Positions 35,244 to 46,926 of a DNA stretch of 64,000 nucleotides are shown in pieces (the stretch's first letter is position 1; every line of letters starts with the position of its first letter). Below the pieces are notes generated by a model. The model was given only the letters and a program-made list of their open reading frames with translations. It was not told the DNA's origin and did not search any database. The DNA is taken from assembly GCA_004431415.1 (NCBI GenBank), contig QPMI01000408.1, positions 496,001 to 560,000 of the forward strand. Reading direction: 5' to 3'. Made by a program: the position numbers and the translations under genes. The DNA is from Cyanophora paradoxa CCMP329. Its lineage: Eukaryota > Plantae > Glaucophyta.

Positions 35244-38200
35244 TCAGGATTGCGGAGCCCGACGGAGTTTCTTGGTAGGGTTGGAGGGGCCCGCGTCGCC
35301 GTCGTCCGAGGTCGTAGGTTGCCGCTTGTGACTGTGGTCTTCCAAACTTAAACCGGCATCTGAGTCTGCGGAACGAGTAAGCGGGAGGAGGACTGAGTCT
35401 ACAGAGAGTGGGCGAGAGGAGCAGGGCAAAACCGCACAAGCGCTGCGGTTGCTCCGAGTGCGTGTCGAGAGCCCTTCTGCAGTGGGATCAGCAAGCGGGA
35501 AAGCGAGGTACAGCGAGATGAGGCCCTTGCCTGTCATTTCATTCTCGATAAGCTGCTCTCTCGTCAGGCGCTGTAGCAGACATGTCAGATATTGTGGGAT
35601 GAGGGTGGATGGGGCGCGGGACGCACGGGACGGGGCGCAACAGCGGCAGCGGGGGCGGCCACCACAGGAACGGCAGGGGCAGCCACTACAGGAGCGGCGG
35701 CAGGGCCCGAGGCGGTCGCGCTGGGTGCAGGGGCGAGAGGCGCAGGGATGCTGGTGCCGGGCGCGGGCTCGGACTCGTCGTCATCGTCGATCCAGACCCC
35801 CTCATCGGACCCCTCGTCGCTCTCGACGGGGGCCACCTCGTCGCCGGCCATGACGGGCGTGATGCCCAGCGCCTCGTGGCACTCCTTCCGCACCTCGCGG
35901 ATCTTCTCATCGCCTGCCGCTTCGCCCCCCAGGCTGCGGGCACGAGGACGCTAAGCGGCACCCTTCGCAGCGGGGCGTAGCGCGGCACGGACTTTGCGAT
36001 GATGCCCGTGGCGAAGTTGAAGAGGCCGAGGCCCACATAGTAGGCCCGGCAGAAGCGTGCAAGCCCAGCGCTCCCAAAGCGGGCCTCAGCGGCTTCGCGG
36101 CTCCTGGAGGGGTTTCAGGCGGGCGGCGGGGAGCGCGAGGAGGCAGCATGTCGCACGAAGAGAGCTCATCGGCGTGCTTGCGAAAGAGGTCCACGGCAGG
36201 CCTGCGGTAGGCCTGGAATACCTTCTGCCCCTGCTCGATAATCTGCCGCGCTATCAGCCGAGGCCGCTGCGACCGGGGCCGATACACAGCGCACGGAGGT
36301 TCGCATCTCATCGAAGACGTGGCCCCGAACGCCTTTGATTGCGAGCTTGTTCGCCTGTGAAGAGGCTGTCGTCTGCCGGGTGCGCGTACTGGCGCCCGCG
36401 TTCTGGGCACGCGGGTCTGCATCTTTTCCCTGCACAACCTAGTCGGTAACAAAACGAGCTGGGCGGAAAGGGATTGGAACCTGGATCTTGGCCCCGCCCA
36501 AGAGGACTCGGCGAAACCCCGCCTGCAAATCCTTCTCCTGCGCAGCACCTTGGCCCATCAGCTACCAGAGTACAATGCTGCCATACACAGGGACGCACGG
36601 TATACGGCTTGAATTTGGCGGAGCCGGGCTTGTCCACAGGGACGGGGTCGAGCTGTAGATGAGGAGCTCAGGGGCGCGCAGAGGAAGCAGCGGTCGCCTT
36701 ACCAGGGGGATGTGCTTGAGGGTTTCCATTAACTTCAAAGAGACTCCTGTTGCTGCATCGGGCATCCTGATGACTGGGCTCAGCTGCCAGTTTCAATCCG
36801 GCACCCCAAGGAGTTCGCACTTCGAATGCAGGGCCCCGGCGCGCTTGAACAGGTCCACTTTAGCCTGCCTGCGCCACGCCAGACCTGTCATGCAAGAGAA
36901 CGGCGCGGCGGTAGCAGCAGCTGATTCACGCACGTGTGGTAGTACCAGCGGAGGAATTTGCCGGAGAAGCGATCCCAGAGCTTGGAATACGCATCGTCAT
37001 CCTGGGCGAATTGAGGGATCGCCACGTTCTGAAAATCAAATGAGCAATCCAGCAGGCAGCAGCTAGGACTCGCGGGGCGGGCGAGACCTCGAAGGCAGTG
37101 TCGAGCCGTGTAAGGAGGGTCTTGGTGTCGTCCCGGACCCAGCTGAGGATGCCACGCCCGACCTCCCCGTCCCGACTGAAGAGCCGCTCGGTGATGACAT
37201 CCAGGGTCCCGAGCACCAGGTACGCCGCCTGCACGCGCACTCAGGCGGGGCTGGGGCAGCATGTGAGTGCAGGGACGCACGGGATCGTAAATGTATAGAT
37301 TCACGGTGTCCCAGCAATCGCGCAGCTTGCTCGAGCTCATGAGCGCCGAGACCCCCTGCACGGCGAAAAGCGTGAGCTGGACGTTGCCTCCCCCCCCTCC
37401 CCCCCCTTCCCCCCCCTTCCCCCCCTCCCCCCCCTCCCCCCTCCCCCCCCCTCCCCCCCCTCTCCCCCCCTCCCCCTCCCCCCCTCCCCTTCCCCCCCTC
37501 CCCCGCCCCGTTGCCCCCGGGGGGTACATGTCCACGACTCACGTCACCGTCGGTGTCCCAGCGCTGGGTGAAGGCCTCGTCGGAGAGGGTGCTTGCGACA
37601 TCAGCCGCAGCCTTCTCAAAGAGGTCTTGCAGCTCGCCAGGAAGCATCTTTGACTCCTCCTCGAGATCTTTCGCTAACTCCTCCAGGCGCGGGCCAGTGA
37701 GCTCGCGCGCTGCCGCCCAGCAGGAGTCCTGCACGTCCTCCGGAAAGCACTTGAGCTCGAAAAGGGTGACGGCCTGCAGGACGCGACTTCAAAATGAAAC
37801 GAGACAGATTCAAAAGGCCTTCAAACCAACGCACCGGGCCAACGGCCTCCGTCAGCGGGGTGACAACTTCGCTCTGGAGGGTCCTGAGGGCAGCCTGAGC
37901 GCGCGTGGCGCGCGGGGCGACTCCCAGCCTGAGCGCCGCCTCCCAGAGGCGGTCCAGCCTGCAAGATTGCTCAGTGATGGGCCTGGGGCGCAGGCAGGAC
38001 GGCTCGGCACCAGGTGTCGTCGCTCCAGGAGCCGCCGGTGACAGTGAGGTGCTTCATGATCATGTTCACGTGGCCTTCCGACGCCGCCAGGTGGCCGTCT
38101 GTCAAGCTACAACGCACCCACTGCCGGAACCCTTTTGGATTGTAGATGAGCTTCTGGAGCTGCGCGTGGCGTGTGTAAGATCTCGCGCAGCAGTGAAAGA

Positions 38201-41200
38201 GAGAAGCAAAAGCACCGAATTCCTGATGTGCCCAATGTTGTGCTCATTGCCACCGCCGTGCACAGGATTGAAGACGACGACGAGCGGGGTCTTGAGGGCA
38301 ATAAAGTCGAGCCAGACCTTGGAGGGGGGCAGTCCCTGGACGTTGTCTCCAACCAGCAGTGACCGCACCTGCGAGGCGTTGTAACTGTATGCGTTCGAGG
38401 CGTTGGTGGGACAGGGGAAGGCAGCAACGAACATCGTCACCGCAGCCACTCTTTGCCTGAATTACGATGAAGCCTACATCAGCTTCGCGCCGTGCGGCCC
38501 TCGCAACGAGAGACCGCTGGAAGGGCGTCAGGTCTTTGTGGATGCCCTGTGCGGACAGCGTGAGGAGCACGAAAGGACGTCAGAATGAAGACTGGTGGGC
38601 GTACTGGCGCGCTCAGGAAGACAAGCTCAGGAAGGTTCGGCGGGAGGCAGAGTGGCACTTCAAAAACGACAGGGTCTTCGTCCGGATTCTCAGGGTCGTT
38701 GAGAAGTCCTGGCTGCTCCATCGTGGCCCTGCAACAGGATAAGAACACGGACGACAGGAGCAGGCACCACTGCGCTACCGCACAGGATGGCAGTGTTGCG
38801 GAGCCCGAAGAAGGCCAGGGTCGCGCTAGGCGCGTAGATGTTGAAGCGCTGAACCGACCCAAGGACTTTCTGGACGCTTTCCGTGATCACAAGTTTCTCT
38901 GACATCGACCTGAATTCAGTGCATGCTGGGGACATTGACCAAATCAAAGTAAGATGCTCACTGGGGTTGAGGTTGAAGGCGAGGGCGTTGTTCGTCTCGG
39001 CCTGCGTCAGGCCGAAGGTCGGCCCGACCTGCGCGGAACGTGAGGGTGGAAAGGGGGTGGGAAGGGGTGTGGGACCTCGCTCGCGACGAGGTCAGATTCT
39101 GGTAGGGCGTCCTCCGGCTCCTGCTCGTCCCCCTCAGCAGCCCGGAGCTGCTCCTGCTGCTTCTTTCGCTCGTCCAGCTCAGTGAACTTCTCTCTCAGCC
39201 GCAGCGCTCCCTGCGCGGAGCGCCGCCGGATCTGCAGTGCCGCCGTGCCAACCGTGCTCCGCACGACCTGCCCCATCGAGTAAGGCAAGAGGGCAGATCT
39301 CGGAAAGAAGGCAGCTCTCAGAGGCAGGCAGAAGACACCTCGTGAAGCCAGGTAGTGTTATCCGCCGTGCTGCAAGGGAGCATGCCTTGTGTGAGCTTGA
39401 ATTGCCCCCAGTCTTCGGGTTCCATCTCGGGGAGGGGCTGGCTGATCCAGTCCTTTGCCGCGTTCTTGAGGGCGCTGAGGCCGCTTTCGCCCTTGGTCTT
39501 CCGCGCCATCAACTTCGCCTTCTGCGATGCCTTGCCCTCGCCCTTGGCCTTGGCCTTCGGTGGCGACAGTTTCTTGCACGCCGCCTCCCGCGTCTTCGCG
39601 TCCTCCCAGTAACGCAGCGTCTCGACCTGAAGCGAAGGTAAGTGAGGCGGGCAAAGTTTTCGGGGGCTTCAATGCGCGCGTACCTTGATAATCGGCTGAA
39701 AGCGAGTGGGGTCTGCGGTCGGCGAAACCACAAGGCGGCGTTCACCAGCGTCATCCTCAGGCCCCACTACGATGGCGGGCCCCTCAGGACTATCCCGGCG
39801 GAGCTCAATGTACACAGGAGTGTCTCCGGGACCCGTCACCAGCACAGCAACGAGGCAGAGACCCGCAGCCTAAGCGTGCACGGTCAGAGAAAGAATGGCC
39901 TTTATAACATAAGAAGATCGGGTCCCTCACCAAGGGAACAGGGCAGACCAAAGGCCGCGCGCCGTCGGAGCTGGAGGTCTCGCTGACGCCGATAAGAGAG
40001 GGTGTTTCTTGGTCGGGGGCATGGAAACGACCCTCCGGCATCGCGGTCGCCTGCATGTAGAAGCCAAATTGCGCCACTGAAGCATCGGCAGGGTGAATGC
40101 GCCAGTTTGATGTGCCCCTGGAAAGGAGCCGGTGCGACGATGGGTCCTGGACTGGCTTGGAGAGGTCGGTGTGCGCAAGGTGTACCTTTATAATCGTCAG
40201 AAACACAATTCATAAAAGGTGACAGAGAAGCAAGAGCACGCACGTAACCCGTGCCGTCCGGCTCGACGAGGCTGAGGCTGGTCAGCGTTTGCGGTTTGCG
40301 ACCTTCTGACTTGTCCGAGCCTGTCACCGACCCTTCCTTGGTCGCACTGTCTAGGATTGCGAGCTGCGAGCAGAGAGTCAGCATAGCTCTGGCGACGAGG
40401 AGAAAGCAAGGGCCTAGACCTGGAGGAAGATCTGCATGTCCGGCATGTAATCAGGGACGAAGTTTAATTTATATCTCTTCACGCCGTCAACCTCCTGTTC
40501 AAACATCATATCTCAGAAAAAGAAAAAGAAAAAGAAAGGAAGGGGGCGCACCGAGTGCAGTTCGCCAAAGCGTGTGATAAGACAATCGACGAAGTGGCTG
40601 TCGGGACAGGCCTTGTGCTCCAGGATGGCTCCCGCGATGGTTGACTTGCCTGCACAGGTGCACCTTTAATGGCGTGAACGCACTGTAAAGGCGATGGATC
40701 AATTACCTGTGCCGTTCAGGCCAAGGAAGGACACACACAAGCGGCGGGCCTCGGTAAGGGCTTTGTTGGCGACGTCCAGGTCGATCTCCTGCAACAGTGC
40801 TAGCTGTTTGGCTTGGGCTGCTGTCAGGGACCCGCGACGGAGTTCGTTGATGAGTCGTTCGGCAAAGTTGTGGGCAAGTTCCACAGTGTCGTCGTTTGGC
40901 TGGTTCTGAAGCGCGCGCGTCACCGCCTCAATGAGTTCCGTCCTCATCGCTTGTCCCGAAGGAACAGGCCCATCCAAAGGAGATTTGAACATCATGCTCT
41001 CGTCGAGCATTTCGCCATGTTCGTTTTCTTGATCGCCGCCTGAGCCTGCTGTAGCTGGAGCTGCACTTGAAGAGCTAGCTGGCACAATATTGACTTCCCC
41101 GTTGGTGGCTGGAGCCATGGCCGGGAAGTTCAACCCCAGCATACTGCCCCCTGCAATCGGTTGGTGGTAAGAATGCGAAGAAGGAAGGAAGAAGGAAGGC

Positions 41201-41609
41201 GAACTGCAGGGCGCACCAGAGCGGGCGCCGCAGCGCTCGCATGGGCAAACAGGATAACCATCTGGAAGTTTTGTACATCCGGCAACTATGCAAAGGCGAG
41301 GTTGCGTTGGAACCAGCTCCCCAAGCTTCTTCGCGTCCTTGATGCCCGCGGTGCTGAGATCCTTGACAAACTCGGGTCCGTGGTGCTTGCGCACGCATGG
41401 CGTACAGAAGAAGTGCGCGTGTTTACGCCGCGAGCATTGAAAAGCATGCTGGCCGTTGACGACCTGCCCGCTGCGCATGCGGTTTGTTCCTTAGCGCTCA
41501 GGACGAACTCCGGCATGCGATCGCACCAGGCGTGACACTTCTTAACTCGAATGCCATTCTTCGATAGCTTGGCGGAGACAAGCGTGCTCTGCTTGGCTTT
41601 TCGGGCCAT
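35244..41609 (-). CDS. large multi-exon protein: zf-4CXXC_R1-like zinc finger + divergent dynamin-like P-loop GTPase + helical C-terminus
   Basis: Spliced CHAC..C..HAHFFCTPC..CPCERC; VSFLGLNGTG|KST (intron 40706-40650); MLPCSTADNTTWLHE; LVFLSAP|G; LVVVFNPVH; C-terminal PTKKLRR; may start further upstream. Confidence 0.68.
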
Positions 41610-41794
41610 CGAAACCTGCTGGTCAGTCTGCTCAGAAGACTGCTCAGTCGGAGGTCTAGCTGCGTTTGGCGAATGAAGTAAGATTAGCTTACCGCACTGC
41701 CGCTTGCGTCCCGCTTCTGGCTGTGCCGCTACGTTTGGGATCGCCGGGTTGACCGAGTTCCCATCGCCGAGTTGACTTCTGGTGAACGCAGCAC

Positions 41795-41841
41795 CTAGAT
41801 CTCCGAGTAATAACGCATCTAGATCTCCGAGTAATAACGCA
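41795..41841. repeat. 24-bp tandem duplication
   Basis: ctagatctccgagtaataacgca twice at 24-bp period. Confidence 0.85.
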
Positions 41842-42248
41842 GCGTTCGATCCCGCCAAGTGCGGTTAAAACGTGCGTGTTTGCCCGTGCGCCTACGTGCA
41901 GCGACTGCGGGTGCCAGGGTTAGTCCGCACAGAGAGTGTCTGTGCAGAGAAGTACGCACACGAAGCGAAGCACGCAAACGTTCGACCTAGTATACGGTAG
42001 TGGCCACACCTGCTGGAGACTGCCGCCATTACCGGGGTACAGGTGTTGGGCTCGGGCGCTGCCCCGGAACTGGCCGCCCCGTCCCCGTCCGCGCCCTCTC
42101 TGCACGGCGCGCCTCGGCGGGGCGCCTCGGCGCGCCGCGCGCACGCCGTGCCGGGCCGATCAATTGCAAGCCTCACGTCCACACTGTACCCCACCAAGCA
42201 ACGGCTGCAGGTCGCTCAGGCGCTGCAGCTGCGCATGCACGCTGCGAG

Positions 42249-45120
42249 ATGTCGGAGGGAACCTTACCACCGGCACCGCTCGCGGCGGCGCTCTTCGCCG
42301 GCGCGTACCGACAACTCGTTGAGCAGGCGGTCCAGCGCAGCGGGGAAGCGCTGATCGAAGCGCTTAGCAGCGGCGTGGATGCGCTTGCGCTCAGGTCCGT
42401 TCTCGCGCTCGCTGCTTCCGGGTGCGTGCACGAGCGTCGAACCTCTTTGTTTTCCAACCCGCCTCCTGACCGCGGCGCAGGTGCTGCGGCCGGTGCGGGG
42501 ACTCCTCTGCCAGCGAGCGGCCCGCGCGCGTGGATGCTGCCGTGCAGACCGACACCGAGGAGCTGGCCCCTGGCCGCAGAACAAGCGCGGCGTCCGGCCG
42601 CAGCACTGCGCAGCAGTCGTCAAGGAACCTGCTCGCGGCGGGCACACAGACGCCCGTTTCGCAGCGACTCAGCCGCGCATCGGTCGGCCCCTCGCCCTTT
42701 GTGCAGCCGCGGAGTTCGAAATCCGCGTCCCCAGCAGCCGTCTCCAGGCCGTCGCCCTCCCAGCCGCGGCACTCTGCAGCATCGACGAGCAAGGAGCGGA
42801 GGGCGTCGGGAGGCAGCTCGCGCTCGCCGCCCCTAGCCTCGCAGCGCCCCTCGTCCCAGTCGCGCGCGGGGAGCGCCGGGGGAAGGCCCCCGCGCTTCAG
42901 CGACGAGGTCCATGCGTCGCTGTGGCCCTGCGAGGTCGAACCGGACGCCTCTCGCCCCTCCCTCACCCGCGGGTCCGTTCACTCTCCTGTGAGCCCGCCG
43001 CGCCTCCCTGACCCGCTGGCAGAAGCGGATCGGACGGGACGGGCGCGGAAGCCGAGGGGGCCGCCCGCGGAGCAGAGGGAGCAGAGGGGGAGGTGGAGGA
43101 CGACGAAGACGGCGGGGCGCTGGGGCCCGTTGCCTTACGCCTCGCGTCCCTCAGCCTGCGACCCGAAGCCGAGCCGGAGGCGGGGGGCGAGGAGGAGGGT
43201 GAAGAGGAGGAGGAGACGCAGGGCCAAGAAGAGTGCGGGGAGGAGGAGGAGGAGGAGGGGGGGGAGGAGGGGGACGACGGGGACTCGCAGGGGCCCTACA
43301 GCCCCTCACAGGACCTCTGCGGCTCCCAGGCGCGTAGGGTACGGGCCGTGCGCGAAGCAGCGGGGTACAAGGCGGCTGGGGGTGACCCTCCCGCGCAGCT
43401 GCCGCTCGCGGGCCGCGGGGAGTTCGAGGAGGATGATGAGGAAGAGGAGGAAGAGGAAGAGGAGTGGGAGCCGTCCCAGGACCTGGGGGGCAGCGGGCCC
43501 TGCCTCCCGCTCCGCCCCCGCGGGGCCCCCGCGCGGGCGGGCCGCCTGCGGTGCCCTCCGCGCCGCCCGCTCCGCTCACGCCCGCTCACGACCTCGCGCA
43601 GATCGCTGCCCGAGGAAGAAGAGGAGCCGCTCACACTTGCGCCTCCGCGCGCGTCGGCGGAGGAGGCGGCGGCGGCCTCGCCGAACTCGTCCTCGGCGCC
43701 GCCCTCCGTGCCACCCTCGGGCTCTTCCGCGGCCCACGACGAACCCGCCGCGCCGCCTCCCGCCACTCCCTCGCCCGTCCGGTCCGCCTCCGCCCCCGCC
43801 CTGGCCTCGGGCTCCTCCGTGGCCTACGAATCTTCCACGCTGCCGGCCGCCACTCCCTCCCCCGTCCGGGCCGCCCCCGGCCCCGCCCTCGCCTCGGAGC
43901 CCACCGCCGCGTCTCCCGCCGCCACGCCCCCTCGCGATCCTCCCGCCTCCTCCTCCTCCTCCTCCTCCTCGACCCCCGCGCCCCCGCCCGCCTCCTTCTC
44001 CCACTCCCCGGCGTCCTCGGTCGGCTCCTCCTGCGCCGGGATCCGCCCCAAGACCTTCCCGCCGGCCGCCGGGCGCGGGGGGCGCGCCCGGGCGGCCCCG
44101 GCCTCGGCGCCCCAGCAGGCCGCGAGGCCGCGGCCCCGAGAGACGGTGGAGGCACGGCTGGCGCCGCTGCACGCGGGGAGCCACACGGGCACGAGCGCGA
44201 CGGCTCCAGCCGCCCCTGCTTCCGGCCCCGCCGCGCCGCCTCCTCCTCCTCTTCCCCTGCTCCTCCACCACCGCCGCGGCCGCGGAGCGACCGGCCGCCG
44301 CGCCTGCGCCGGCGCCTGCGCCGGCCGCCTCCTCGTCCCGCCCCTTCGGGTCGTTCCTCAAGAGCGCGTTCGGGGCGCTCCCGCGCGCGCAGCCCGCTGC
44401 GGCCGGTGAACGGGAACGCGCCCGCGGCGCCCCCCGCGACCCGGCCCAAGGCCATCACGGCCGCGTGGGCCCGACCCGCTCCGCACTCGCCGCCGCCGCC
44501 GCCGCCCCTCCTTCCGCCCCTTCCCCGATCCGCAAGGCGCCTCTGCCGGCGGCGCGCCCGGCCGCCGTGCCCGCCCCCCGCTCGCGGGCCGCCCCGGCTG
44601 CATCCGACTTCTCCCTCCCTTCCAGCGCCGGCGGGAGCTCGAGCCGGCCCCCGCCCACGCCCTCTTCCACCTCGGCAACGGGTGCGCCGCCCTCGCGCGC
44701 GCCCTTCCCGCCCCTCGGCTCACCTAAAGCAGAGGACGAGGCGGAGGCGTGGACGCCCCTGCAGATCCACCACCCCGCCGGCGACTCGGACGGAGCCCGC
44801 TCCTCCCTCGCCGACGGCCCCGCCGCCGCCCCGGCGCCCGAGCTCACCGCCCGCGGCAAGCGCCGGCGGCGGGGCCCCTCCGAGGCCGCGTCGGGCCCGC
44901 CCTCCGCCGCCGCCCGCCCGCCCTGCTGTCCTTCGCCACCCCGGCCGCCGCCGCCGCCGCAAACCCGACTTCGAGCCTGGGCGGCGCCTCGGCCTCATCC
45001 TGGCGCTCCGGCTCGGGCTCGGGCTCCGCCGGCGGTTCGGACGCCGCGAGCCAGCCGGAGTCCCCCATCCTGTTCGTGCGGCCCGCGACCCGCGCGTCGA
45101 CCCGCGCGGCCGCCCGGTAG
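42249..45120 (+). CDS. hypothetical low-complexity (Ser/Pro/Glu-rich) protein, frame switches unresolved
   Basis: MSEGTLPPAPLAAALFAGAYRQLVEQ.. followed by long biased-codon segments with acidic tracts and SQ motifs; no recognisable domain. Confidence 0.5.
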
Positions 45121-45273
45121 CCGGCAGTAGGTAGCGGGAGACTCGAGGACACCCCACTGGGCTAGCCGCAGTACAAAAATACATACGAACGCACATATCT
45201 GTTTCCTTACGCTAATGAAACTAACTTGGCCGACGCCTGCATGCAGCTCAGCGGCTCGCGCCGGCTGCTCCCC

Positions 45274-46787
45274 CTAGGGCTTGAACAGGTCGTCGATGAA
45301 CTTGCGGGCGCGGCCGGCGGCGGCCCCCAGCGCGCGCTGCCGCGCCTCTTCAGCGCGCCGGCGCCGCAGCTCCCGGAGGGCGTTCCAGCCGAACGCGTAG
45401 ACGAGCCCGCCCGCCAGGCCGCCCACGTGCGCCGTGTTGTCCTGCGCGCAGCGAGGCGCCGTCAGCGAGGGCCGCGGGGGGGTCTCGAGGGCGCCGAGCG
45501 CGGCGGACCACGCTTATCGAAGAGAACCCGAAGAGGAGGTTCATGCCGATCGAGCTGAGAGGGGTTCAGCTTACTTCGAATTCGAAAGTCGACGAGGAGC
45601 AGAGGGCGGGGGCACCGGAGGAGCGAGTCCGTGAGGCCGCGCGTCCATATGCCGATGCGCCGCTCGTTCAGCTTCACGGCGAGGAACACCGAGCCTGGGA
45701 GGATAGCGGACAAGGGACGAGTGAGGCGCGGGGCCGGGTGCGAGGGCGGCGCCCCGCGCCCAGACGCACCGATGCAGCCGAAGATGGCGCCCGAGGCACC
45801 GATGGACGGGTGCACGTTGAAGCGGAAGCTCGCCACGTTGCCGGCGACGCCTGCGGGGCGGCGGCGACGGTCGACGTCAGCCGGACGCGCGGCGCCGGGC
45901 TCGCAGCGCCGAGCGACCGCACCGGAGAGAAGGTACATCCAGAGGAAGTTGCCGTGCCCCAGGATGCCCTCGGCGACCGGCCCGATGTTGAGGAGCGACA
46001 TCGAGTTGACGAACAGGTGCGAGATGCTCCCGTGGAAGAAGACGGGCGAGATGAGGCGCCACCACTCGCCGCGCGCGATGGCGAGGTTGTCCTTCTTGTA
46101 GAGGTCGAGCAGCCGGGGGCCCGCGCGCTTCGCCATCACCGTGTACGTGTAGACCGCGATGTTGAGCACGACGAGCGCCTGCGTCACGTAGGGCGTCCGG
46201 TGCAGCCCGCTGAAGTCGAAGCCGTCCTGCATGCTCGGGAAGCGCAGGCTCCTGCTGCGGGACCGGAAGCTGGGGAGACCCCGCAGGCGGAAGCCCAGTC
46301 GGGGAATGCGCTTCGTCGAGAGCAAAGCCGTGAGCTGGGACCAGAGCGGTGGCTGCGATCCGGGCTGCTCATCCTCGGAGTTGTCGTCGTCCCTCCGGCG
46401 CCGGCGGCCGGGCGGGAGGCGCGGCGGCGGCGGCGGCGCGATGCCGGCATTCTCCTCCTTGATCGATCTCTTGACGTTCTGCCGCAGCTCCTTGAAGGCC
46501 GGGTTGGGCTGAAGGAGCTTAGACAGCACGCGGTCAACCGCGCCCTCGCCAGACGGCACGTCGCGGCTCCTGCCGCGCCGCTTGTTGGGCTGCGTCCGCT
46601 TATTCCTGGGCGCACCATCACCGCCCGCAAGCCACAGGATCGGCGCACGGCAGGCTGGCCGACAGCGCTGCTCGGCCGGTCGGTGCTGGGGGCATACGCG
46701 TCCGCGCTGAATAAGTGGATGCGGCGATGATAGCAAGGCGGCCCCCGGGGGCGCCGCGGCGAAGCAGACGAAGAGCGCGGGTGCCAT
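45274..46787 (-). CDS. rhomboid intramembrane serine protease with transit-peptide-like leader
   Basis: GEWWRLISPVFFHGSISHLFVNS, GASGAIFG (catalytic Ser), DNTAHVGG (catalytic His). Confidence 0.92.
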
Positions 46788-46926
46788 GTTTGAGGGGTAC
46801 GCAACTTCAGCGAACGGCTTCTGCGGCCGAACAGCCCAACAGCCGCGCGGAGCCTCGGAAAACAGCTTTCAGGGGAAAGTGAACGTCCCAAAACGCAATA
46901 CGCGGCCGCACGCCGCCCTTCACAGT

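Noticed and set aside
38430-38545. Helicase-like Walker A in LTPFQR...IVIQAKSGCG
   Set aside because: No GKT/S follows; AKSGCG most likely lies in a GC-AG intron, and the segment fits the post-G3 region of the GTPase
35070-42000. Second transposon or viral insert, suggested by lower GC
   Set aside because: No TIR, TSD, transposase or viral hallmark found; the region reads as one intron-rich gene
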